From Utricularia gibba (Eukaryota > Plantae > Magnoliophyta): 64,000 nucleotides of DNA. The position numbers and the translations under genes are program-made. Positions within the stretch are counted from its first letter, which is position 1. The number at the start of each line of letters is the position of its first letter. The notes beneath the pieces were generated by a model, which made no database searches, was not told the origin of the DNA, and saw nothing but the letters and a program-made list of their open reading frames with translations. Of the stretch, positions 1 through 12,000 are shown in pieces. The DNA is taken from NCBI GenBank assembly GCA_002189035.1, contig NEEC01000016.1, positions 124,001 through 188,000 of the forward strand, given 5' to 3'.

Positions 1-3000
1 AGTCCCGGGGCCCGAGCACACCCGTAGAAACGCATGAGAATGCCGCGAAATTCAAGATTTTGACATATATTAACGAATCACGCGTGTTTCGCAAGCCGAG
101 AATTAATTTTCGCATAAAAACGAGCAAAGGAGTCGCAACGTCCCCAATGGCTAGCCATTTTGTGACACCATTGAAGGCTTATATAAGGCCATCCTTCGAG
201 CTTCGAACTTTCCTCGGATGGGCAACTCCCAACACGAAAAACGACCGTCTCGGAATGAGCTTCGAAACGGTATGCTGTGTGTCGCGTGACTCTAAACGGT
301 TTGGACGATGTGGCGTCAATGGCGAAGGCTGCGCGAGGCCACCCCTTAATGTAGGAATTCCCAGGGCCCGAGCACACTCGGAGAAACGCATGAGAATGCC
401 GCGAAATTCAAGATTTTGACATATATTAACGAATCACGCGTGTTTCGCAAGCCGAGAAAATTTTCGCATAAAAACGAGCAAACGAGTCCCAACGTCCCCA
501 ATGGCTAGGCCATTTTGTGACACCATTCAAGGCTTATATAGGGCCATCCTTCGAGCTTCGAACTTTCCTCGGATGGGCGCTCCCAACACGAAAAACGACC
601 GTCTCAGAATGAGCTTCGAAACGGTATGCTGTGTGTCGCGTGACTCTAAACGGTTTTGATGTGGCGTCAATTGCGAAGGCTGCGCGAGGCCACCCCTTGG
701 TGTAGGAAGTCCCAGGGCCCGAGCACACCGAGAAACGCATGAGAATGCCGCGAAATTCAAGATTTTGACATATATTAACGAATCACGCGTGTTTCGCAAG
801 CCGAGAATATTTTCGCATAAAAACGAGCAAACGAGTCCAACGTCCCCAATGGCTAGACCATTTTGTGACACCATTCAAGGCTTATATAGGGCCATCCGTC
901 GAGCTTCGAACTTTCCTCGGATGGGCGAACTCCCAACACGAAAAACGACCGTCTCGGAATGAGCTTCGAAACGGTATGCTGTGTGTCGCGTGACTCTAAA
1001 CGGTTTGGACGATGTGGCGTCAATGGCGAAGGCTGCGCGAGGCCACCCCTTGGTGTAGGAATTCCCAGGGCCCGAGCACACCCGAGAAACGCATGAGAAT
1101 GCCGCGAAATTCAGATTTTGACATATATTAACGAATCACGCGTGTTTCGCAAGCCGAGAATAATTTTCGCATAAAAACGAGCAAAGGAGTCGCAACGTCC
1201 CCAATGGCTAGACCATTTTGTGACACCATTCAAGGCTAATATAGGCCATCCTTCGAGCTTCGAACTTTCCTCGGATGGGCGAGCTCCCAACACGAAAAAC
1301 GACCGTCTCAGAATGAGCTTCGAAACGGTATGCTGTGTGTCGCGTGACTCTAAACGGTTTGGACGATGTGGCGTCAATGGCGAAGGCTGCGCGAGGCCAC
1401 CCCTTTGTGGAAGTCCAGGGCCCGAGCACACTCGAGAAACGCATGAGAATGCCGCGAAATTCAAGATTTTGACATATATTAACGAATCACGCGTGTTTCG
1501 CAAGCCGAGAATAATTTTCGCATAAAAACGAGCAAAGGAGTCGCAACGTCCCCAATGGCTAGACCATTTTTGGACACCATTGAAGGCTAATATAAGGCCA
1601 TCCTTCGAGCTTCGAACTTTCCTCGGATGGGCAAGCTCCCAACACGAAAAACCGTCTCGGAATGAGCTTCGAAACGGTATGCTGTGTGTCGCGTGACTCT
1701 AAACGGTTTGGACGATGTGGCGTCAATGGCGAAGGCTGCGCGCGAGGCCACCCCTTAATGTAGGAATTCCCAGGGCCCGAGCACACTCGGAGAAACGCAT
1801 GAGAATGCCGCGAAATTCAAGATTTTGACATATATTAACGAATCACGCGTGTTTCGCAAGCCGAGAATAATTTTCGCATAAAAACGAGCAAACGAGTCCC
1901 AACGTCCCCAATGGCTAGGCCATTTTGTGACACCATTCAAGGCTTATATAGGGCCATCCTTCGAGCTTCGAACTTTCCTCGGATGGGCAACTCCCAACAC
2001 GAAAAACGACCGTCTCGGAATGAGCTTCGAAACGGTATGCTGTGTGTCGCGTGACTCTAAACGGTTTTGGACGATGTGGCGTCAATGGCGAAGGCTGCGC
2101 GAGGCCACCCCTTGGTGTAGGAAGTCCCAGGGCCCGAGCACACCAGAAACGCATGAGAATGCCGCGAAATTCAAGATTTTGACATATATTAACGAATCAC
2201 GCGTGTTTCGCAAGCCGAGATTATTTTCGCATAAAAACGAGCAAACGAGTCCCAACGTCCCCAATGGCTAGGCCATTTGTGACACCATTCAAGGCTTATA
2301 TAGGGCCATCCGTCGAGCTTCGAACTTTCCTCGGATGGGCGAACTCCCAACACGAAAAACGACCGTCTCAGAATGAGCTTCGAAACGGTATGCTGTGTGT
2401 CGCGTGACTCTAAACGGTTTGGACGATGTGGCGTCAATGGCGAAGGCTGCGCGAGGCCACCCCTTAATGTAGGAATTCCCAGGCCCGAGCACACTGAGAA
2501 ACGCATGAGAATGCCGCGAAATTCAAGATTTTGACATATATTAACGAATCACGCGTGTTTCGCAAGCCGAGAATAATTTTCGCATAAAAACGAGCAAAGG
2601 AGTCGCAATGTCCCCAATGGCTAGACCATTTTGACACCATTGAAGGCTAATATAAGGCCATCCTTCGAGCTTCGAACTTTCCTCGGATGGGCAAGCTCCC
2701 AACACGAAAAACGACCGTCTCGGAATGAGCTTCGAAACGGTATGCTGTGTGTCGCGTGACTCTAAACGGTTTGGACGATGTGGCGTCAATGGCGAAGGCT
2801 GCGCGAGGCCACCCCTTAATGTAGGAATTCCCAGGGCCCGAGCACACTCGGAGAAACGCATGAGAATGCCGCGAAATTCAAGATTTTGACATATATTAAC
2901 GAATCACGCGTGTTTCGCAAGCCGAGAACAATTTTCGCATAAAAACGAGCAAACGAGTCCCAACGTCCCCAATGGCTAGGCCATTTTGTGACACCATTCA

Positions 3001-6000
3001 AGGCTTATAGGGCCATCCGCTTCGAACTTTCCTCGGATGGGCAACTCCCAACACGAAAAACGACCGTCTCGGAATGAGCTTCGAAACGGTATGCTGTGTG
3101 TCGCGTGACTCTAAACGGTTTGGAGATGTGGCGTCAATGGCGAAGGCTGCGCGAGGCCACCCCTTGGTGTAGGAAGTCCCAGGGCCCGAGCACACGAGAA
3201 ACGCATGAGAATGCCGCGAAATTCAAGATTTTGACATATATTAACGAATCACGCGTGTTTCGCAAGCCGAGAATTATTTTCGCATAAAAACGAGCAAAGG
3301 AGTCGCAACGTCCCCAATGGCTAGGCCATTTTTGTGACACCATTCAAGGCTTATATAGGCCATCCGTCGAGCTTCGAACTTTCTCGGATGGGCGAACTCC
3401 CAACACGAAAAACGACCGTCTCAGAATGAGCTTCGAAACGGTATGCTGTGTGTCGCGTGACTCTAAACGGTTTGGACGATGTGGCGTCAATGGCGAGGCT
3501 GCGCGAGGCCACCCCTTGGTGTAGGAATTCCCAGGCCCGAGCACACCGAGAAACGCATGAGAATGCGCGAAATTCAAGATTTTACATATATTAACGAATC
3601 ACGCGTGTTTCGCAAGCCGAGAAAAATTTTCGCATAAAAACGAGCAAAGGAGTCGCAACGTCCCCAATGGCTAGCCATTTTGTGACACCATTCAAGGCTA
3701 TATAAGGCCATCCTTCGAGCTTCGAACTTTTCGGATGGCACTCCAACACGAAAAACGATCGTCTCAGAATGAGCTTCGAAACGGTATGCTGTGTGTCGCG
3801 TGACTCTAAACGGTTTGGACGATGTGGCGTCAATGGCGAAGGCTGCGCGAGGCCACCCCTTGGTGTAGGAAGTCCCGGGCCCGAGCACACCCGAGAAACG
3901 CATGAGAATGCCGCGAAATTCAAGATTTTGACATATATTAACGAATCACGCGTGTTTCGCAAGCCGAGAATAATTTTCGCATAAAAACGAGCAAAGGAGT
4001 CGCAACGTCCCCAATGGCTAGACCATTTTGTGACACCATTGAAGGCTATATAGGGCCATCCTTCGAGCTTCGAACTTTCCTCGGATGGGCAAGCTCCCAA
4101 CACGAAAAACGACCGTCTCGGAATGAGCTTCGAAACGGTATGCTGTGTGTCGCGTGACTCTAAACGGTTTGGACGATGTGGCGTCAATGGCGAAGGCTGC
4201 GCGAGGCCACCCCTTAATGTAGGAATTCCCAGGGCCCGAGCACACTCGGAGAAACGCATGAGAATGCCGCGAAATTCAAGATTTTGACATATATTAACGA
4301 ATCACGCGTGTTTCGCAAGCCGAGAAACAATTTTCGCATAAAAACGAGCAAACGAGTCGCAACGTCCCCAATGGCTAGGCCATTTTGTGACACCATTCAA
4401 GGCTTATATAGGGCCATCCTTCGAGCTTCGAACTTTCCTCGGATGGGCAACTTCCAACACGAAAAACGACCGTCTCAGAATGAGCTTCGAAACGGTATGC
4501 TGTGTGTCGCGTGACTCTAAACGGTTTGGACGATGTGGCGTCAATGCGAAGGCTGCGCGAGGCCACCCCTTGGTGTAGGAATTCCCAGGGCCCGAGCACA
4601 CGAGAAACGCATGAGAATGCCGAAATTCAAGATTTTGACATATATTAACGAATCACGCGTGTTTCGCAAGCCGAGAATTATTTTCGCATAAAAACGAGCA
4701 AACGAGTCCCAACGTCCCCAATGGCTAGGCCATTTTGTGACACCATTCAAGGCTTATATAGGGCCATCCGTCGAGCTTCGAACTTTCCTCGGATGGGCGA
4801 ACTCCCAACACGAAAAACGATCGTCTCAGAATGAGCTTCGAAACGGTATGCTGTGTGTCGCGTGACTCTAAACGGTTTGGACGATGTGGCGTCAATGGCG
4901 AAGGCTGCGCGAGGCCACCCCTTGGTGTAGGAATTCCCAGGGCCCGAGCACAAGAAACGCATGAGAATGCCGCGAAATTCAAGATTTTGACATATATTAA
5001 CGAATCACGCGTGTTTCGCAATCCGAGAATAATTTTCGCATAAAAACGAGCAAAGGAGTCGCAACGTCCCCAATGGCTAGCCATTTTGTGACACCATTCA
5101 AGGCTTATATAGGCCATCCGTCGAGCTTCGAACTTTCCTCGGATGGGCGAACTCCCAACACGAAAAACGATCGTCTCAGAATGAGCTTCGAAACGGTATG
5201 CTGTGTGTCGCGTGACTCTAAACGGTTTGGACGATGGCGTCAATGGCGAAGGCTGCGCGAGGCCACCCCTTGGTGTAGGAATCCCGGGCCCGAGCACACC
5301 CGTAGAAACGCATGAGAATGCCGCGAAATTCAAGATTTTGACATATATTAACGAATCACGCGTGTTTCGCAAGCCGAGAATAATTTTCGCATAAAAACGA
5401 GCAAAGGAGTCGCAATGTCCCCAATGGCTAGACCATTTTGTGACACCATTGAAGGCTATATATAAGGCCATCCTTCGAGCTTCGAACTTTCCTCGGATGG
5501 GCAACTCCCAACACGAAAAACGACCGTCTCAGAATGAGCTTCGAAACGGTATGCTGTGTGTCGCGTGACTCTAAACGGTTTGGACGATGTGGCGTCAATG
5601 GCGAAGGCTGCGCGAGGCCACCCCTTGGTGTAGGAAGTCCCAGGGCCCGAGCACACCCGTAGAAACGCATGAGAATGCCGCGAAATTCAAGATTTTGACA
5701 TATATTAACGAATCACGCGTGTTTCGCAAGCCGAGAACAATTTTCGCATAAAAACGAGCAAACGAGTCCCAACGTCCCCAATGGCTAGCCATTTTGTGAC
5801 ACCATTCAAGGCTTATATAGGGCCATCCTTCGAGCTTCGAACTTTCCTCGGATGGGCGTCCCAACACGAAAAACGATCGTCTCAGAATGAGCTTCGAAAC
5901 GGTATGCTGTGTGTCGCGTGACTCTAAACGGTTTGGACGATGTGGCGTCAATGGCGAAGGCTGCGCGAGGCCACCCCTTGGTGTAGGAATTCCCGGGCCC

Positions 6001-9000
6001 GAGCACACCCATAGAAAACGCATGAGAATGCCGCGAAATTCAAGATTTTGACATATATTAACGAATCACGCGTGTTTCGCAATCCGAGAATAATTTTCGC
6101 ATAAAAACGAGCAAAGGAGTCGCAACGTCCCCAATGGCTAGACCATTTTGTGACACCATTCAAGGCTAATATAGGCCATCCTTCGAGCTTCGAACTTTCC
6201 TCGGATGGGCGACTCCCAACACGAAAAACGATCGTCTCAGAATGAGCTTCGAAACGGTATGCTGTGTGTCGCGTGACTCTAAACGGTTTGGACGATGTGG
6301 CGTCAATGGCGAAGGCTGCGCGAGGCCACCCTTGTGTAGGAATTCCCGGCCCGAGCACACCCTAGAAACGCATGAGAATGCCGCGAAATTCAAGATTTTG
6401 ACATATATTAACGAATCACGCGTGTTTCGCAATCCGAGAATAATTTTCGCATAAAAACGAGCAAAGGAGTCGCAATGTCCCCAATGGCTAGACCATTTTG
6501 TGACACCATTCAAGGCTAATATAGGCCATCCGTCGAGCTTCGAACTTTCCTCGGATGGGCGACTCCCAACACGAAAAACGATCGTCTCAGAATGAGCTTC
6601 GAAACGGTATGCTGTGTGTCGCGTGACTCTAAACGGTTTGGACGATGTGGCGTCAATGGCGAAGGCTGCGCGAGGCCACCCCTTGGTGTAGGAAGTCCCG
6701 GGGCCCGAGCACACCCGTAGAAACGCATGAGAATGCCGCGAAATTCAAGATTTTGACATATATTAACGAATCACGCGTGTTTCGCAAGCCGAGATTAGTT
6801 TTCGCATAAAAACGAGCAAACGAGTCCCAACGTCCCCAATGGCTAGGCCATTTTGTGACACCATTCAAGCTTATAAGGCCATCCTTGTGCTTCGAACTTT
6901 GTTTGGATGGGCAAGCTTTCAACACGAAAAACGACCGTCTCGGAATGAGCTTCGAAACGGTATGCTGTGTGTCGCGTGACTCTAAACGGTTTGGAAGATG
7001 TGGCGTCAATTGCGAAGGTTGCGCAAGGCCACCCCTTGGTGTAGGAAGTCCCAGGGCCCGAGCACACCTTGAGAAACGCATGAGAATGCCGCGAAATTCA
7101 AGATTTTGACATATATTAACGAATCACGCGTGTTTCGCAAGCCGAGATTAGTTTTCGCATAAAAACGAGCAAACGAGTCCAACGTCCCCAATGGCTAGGC
7201 CATTTTGTGACACCATTCAAGGCTTATATAGGGCCATCCGTCGAGCTTCGAACTTTCCTCGGATGGGCGAACTCCCAACACGAAAAAACGACCGTCTCAG
7301 AATGAGCTTCGAAACGGTATGCTGTGTGTCGCGTGACTCTAAACGGTTTGGACGATGTGGCGTCAATGGCGAAGGCTGCGCGAGGCCACCCCTTAATGTA
7401 GGAATTCCCAAGCCCGAGCACACTGAGAGAAACGCATGAGAATGCCGCGAAATTCAAGATTTTGACATATATTAACGAATCACGCGTGTTTCGCAATCCG
7501 AGAATAATTTTCGCATAAAAAAGAGCAAAGGAGTCGCGATGTCCCAATGGCTAGACCATTTTGGGACACCATTCAAGGCTTATATAGGGCCATCCGTCGA
7601 GCTTCGAACTTTCCTCGGATGGGCGAACTCCCAACACGAAAAACGATCGTCTCAGAATGAGCTTCGAAACGGTATGCTGTGTGTCGCGTGACTCTAAACG
7701 GTTTGGACGATGTGGCGTCAATGGCGAAGGCTGCGCGAGGCCACCCCTTGGTGTAGGAAGTCCGGGCCCGAGCACACCCGTAGAAACGCATGAGAATGCC
7801 GCGAAATTCAAGATTTTGACATATATTAACGAATCACGCGTGTTTCGCAAGCCGAGAATAATTTTCGCATAAAAACGAGCAAAGGAGTCGCGATGTCCCC
7901 AATGGCTAGACCATTTTGGGACACCATTGAAGGCTATATAAGGCCATCCTTCGAGCTTCGAACTTTCCTCGGATGGGCAAGCTCCCAACACGAAAAACGA
8001 CCGTCTCGGAATGAGCTTCGAAACGGTATGCTGTGTGTCGCGTGACTCTAAACGGTTTGGACGATGTGGCGTCAATGGCGAAGGCTGCGCGAGGCCACCC
8101 CTTGGTGTAGGAAGTCCCGGGCCCGAGCACACCCGAGAAACGCATGAGAATGCCGCGAAATTCAAGATTTTGACATATATTAACGAATCACGCGTGTTTC
8201 GCAAGCCGAGAACAATTTTCGCATAAAAACGAGCAAACGAGTCCCAACGTCCCCAATGGCTAGGCCATTTTGTGACACCATTCAAGGCTTATGTAGGGCC
8301 ATCCGTCGAGCTTCGAACTTTCCTCGGATGGGCGATTTCCCAACACGAAAAACGATCGTCTCAGAATGAGCTTCGAAACGGTATGCTGTGTGTCGCGTGA
8401 CTCTAAACGGGTTTGGACGATGTGGCGTCAATGGCGAAGGCTGCGCGAGGCCACCCCTTGGTGTAGGAAGTCCCGGCCCGAGCACACCCATAGAAACGCA
8501 TGAGAATGCCGCGAAATTCAGGATTTTTACATATATTAACGAATCACGCGTGTTTCGCAATCCGAGAACAATTTTCGCATAAAAACGAGCAAAGGAGTCG
8601 CAACGTCCCCAATGGCTAGGCCATTTTGTGACACCATTCAAGGCTTATATAGGGCCATCCGTCGAGCTTCGAACTTTCCTCGGATGGGCGAACTCCCAAC
8701 ACGAAAAACGATCGTCTTAGAATGAGCTTCGAAACGGTATGCAGTGTGTCGCGTGACTCTAAACGGTTGGACGATGTGGCGTCAATGGCGAAGGCTGCGC
8801 GAGGCCACCCCTTGGTGTAGGAAGTCCCGGCCCGAGCACACATAGAAAACGCATGAGAATGCCGCGAAATTCAGGATTTTACATATATTAACGAATCACG
8901 CGTGTTTCGCAATCCGAGAACAATTTTCGCATAAAAACGAGCAAAGGAGTCGCAATCCCCAATGGCTAGGCCATTTTGTGACACCATTCAAGGCTTATAT

Positions 9001-12000
9001 AGGGCCATCCGTCAAGCTTCGAACTTTCCTCGGATGGGCGATTTCCCAACACGAAAAACGATCGTCTTAGAATGAGCTTCGAAACGGGCTGTGTGTCGCG
9101 TGACTCTAAACGGTTTGGACGATGTGGCGTCATGGCGAAGGCTGCGCGAGGCCACCCCTTAATGTAGGAATTCCAAGGGCCCGAGCACACTCGGAGAAAC
9201 GCATGAGAATGCCGCGAAATTCAAGATTTTGACATATATTAACGAATCACGCGTGTTTCGCAATCCGAGAATAATTTTCGCATAAAAACGAGCAAAGGAG
9301 TCGCGATGTCCCCAATGGCTAGACCATTTTGTGAAACCATTCAAGGCTAATATAAGGCCATCCTTCGAGCTTCGAACTTTCCTCGGATGGGCGAAGCTCC
9401 CAACACGAAAAACGATCGTCTCAGAATGAGCTTCGAAACGGTATGCTGTGTGTCGCGTGACTCTAAACGGTTTGGACGATGTGGCGTCAATGGCGAAGGC
9501 TGCGCGAGGCCACCCCTTGGTGTAGGAAGTCCCAGGCCCGAGCACACCCATAGAAACGCATGAGAATGCTGCGAAATTCAGATTTTACATATATTAACGA
9601 ATCACGCGTGTTTCGCAATCCGAAAAAATTTTCGCATAAAAACGAGCAAAGGAGTCGCAACGTCCCCAATGGCTAGACCATTTTGTGAAACCATTCAAGG
9701 CTAATATAGGCATCCTTTGAGCTTCGAACTTGTTCGGATGGGCGACCTCCCAACACGAAAAACGATCGTCTCAGAATGAGCTTCGAAACGGTATGCTGTG
9801 TGTTGCGTGACTCTAAACGGTTTGGACGATGTGGCGTCAATGGCGAAGGCTGCGCGAGGCCACCCCTTGGTGTAGGAAGTCCCGGGGCCCGAGCACACCC
9901 GTAGAAACGCATGAGAATGCCGCGAAATTCAAGATTTTGACATATATTAACGAATCACGCGTGTTTCGCAAGCCGAGAACAATTTTCGCATAAAAACGAG
10001 CAAACGAGTCCCAACGTCCCCAATGGCTAGGCCATTTTGTGACACCATTCAAGGCTTATATAGGCCATCCGTCGAGCTTCGAACTTTCCTCGGATGGGCA
10101 AGCTCCCAACACGAAAAACGATCGTCTCGGAATGAGCTTCGAAACGGTATGCTGTGTGTCGCGTGACTCTAAACGGTTTGGACGATGTGGCGTCAATGGC
10201 GAAGGCTGCGCGAGGCCACCCCTTAATGTAGGAATTCCCAGGGCCCGAGCACACTCGGAGAAACGCATGAGAATGCCGCGAAATTCAAGATTTTGACATA
10301 TATTAACGAATCACGCGTGTTTCGCAAGCCGAGAACAATTTTCGCATAAAAACGAGCAAACGAGTCCCAACGTCCCCAATGGCTAGGCCATTTTGTGACA
10401 CCATTCAAGGCTTATGTAGGGCCATCCTTGGTGCTTCGAACTTTGTTTGGATGGGCAAGCTTTCAACACAAAAAACGACCATCTCGGAATGAGCTTCGAA
10501 ACGGTATGCTGTGTGTCGCGTGACTCTAAACGGTTTTTAAGATATGCGTCAATTGCGAAGGTTGCGCGAGGCCACCCCTTGGTGTAGGAAGTCCCGGGCC
10601 CGAGCACACCGTAGAAACGCATGAGAATGCCGCGAAAATTAGGATTTTACATATATTAACGAATCTCGCGTGTTTCCCAAGCCGAGATTAGTTTTCGCAT
10701 AAAAACGAGCAAACGAATCCCAACGTCCCCAATGGCTAGGCCATTTTGTGACACCATTCAAGGCTTATATAGGCCATCCGTCGAGCTTCGAACTTTCCTC
10801 GGATGGGCGATTTCCCAACACGAAAAACGATCGTCTCAGAATGAGCTTCGAAACGGTATGCTGTGTGTCGCGTGACTCTAAACGGTTTGGACGATGTGGC
10901 GTCAATGGCGAAGGCTGCGCGAGGCCCCCCCTTGGTGTAGGAATTCCCAGGCCCCGAGCACACTCGGAGAAATGCATGAGAATGCCGCGAAATTCAAGAT
11001 TTTGACATATATTAACGAATCACGCGTGTTTCGCAATCCGAGAATAATTTCGCATAAAAACGAGCAAAGGAGTCGCGATGTCCCCAATGGCTAGACCATT
11101 TTGTGAAACCATTCAAGGCTAATATAAGGCCATCCGTCGAGCTTCGAACTTTCCTCGGATGGGCGACCTCCCAACACGAAAAACGATCGTCTCAGAATGA
11201 GCTTCGAAACGGTATGCTGTGTGTCGCGTGACTCTAAACGGTTTGGACGATGTGGCGTCAATGGCGAAGGCTGCGCGAGGCCACCCCTTGGTGTAGGAAG
11301 TCCCGGGGCCCGAGCACGCCCGTAGAAACGCATGAGAATGCCGCGAAATTCAGGATTTTACATATATTAACGAATCACGCGCGTGTTTCGCAATCCGAGA
11401 ATAATTTTCGCATAAAAACGAGCAAAGGAGTCGCGATGTCCCCAATGGCTAGACCATTTTGGACACTATTGAAGGCTAATATAAGGCCATCCTTCGAGCT
11501 TCGAACTTTCCTCGGATGGGCAAGCTCCCAACACGAAAAACGATCGTCTCGGAATGAGCTTCGAAACGGTATGCTGTGTGTCGCGTGACTCTAAACGGTT
11601 TGGACGATGTGGCGTCAATGGCGAAGGCTGCGCGAGGCCACCCCTTAATGTAGGAATTCCCAGGGCCCGAGCACACTCGGAGAAACGCATGAGAATGCCG
11701 CGAAATTCAAGATTTTGACATATATTAACGAATCACGCGTGTTTCGCAAGCCGAGAACAATTTTCGCATAAAAACGAGCAAACGAGTCCCAACGTCCCCA
11801 ATGGCTAGGCCATTTTGTGACACCATTCAAGGCTTATGTAGGGCCATCCTTGGTGCTTCGAACTTTGTTTGGATGGGCAAGCTTTCAACACAAAAAACGA
11901 CCATCTCGGAATGAGCTTCGAAACGGTATGCTGTGTGTCGTGTGACTCTAAACGGTTTAAGATATGGCGTCAATTGCGAAGGTTGCGCAAGGCCACCCCT

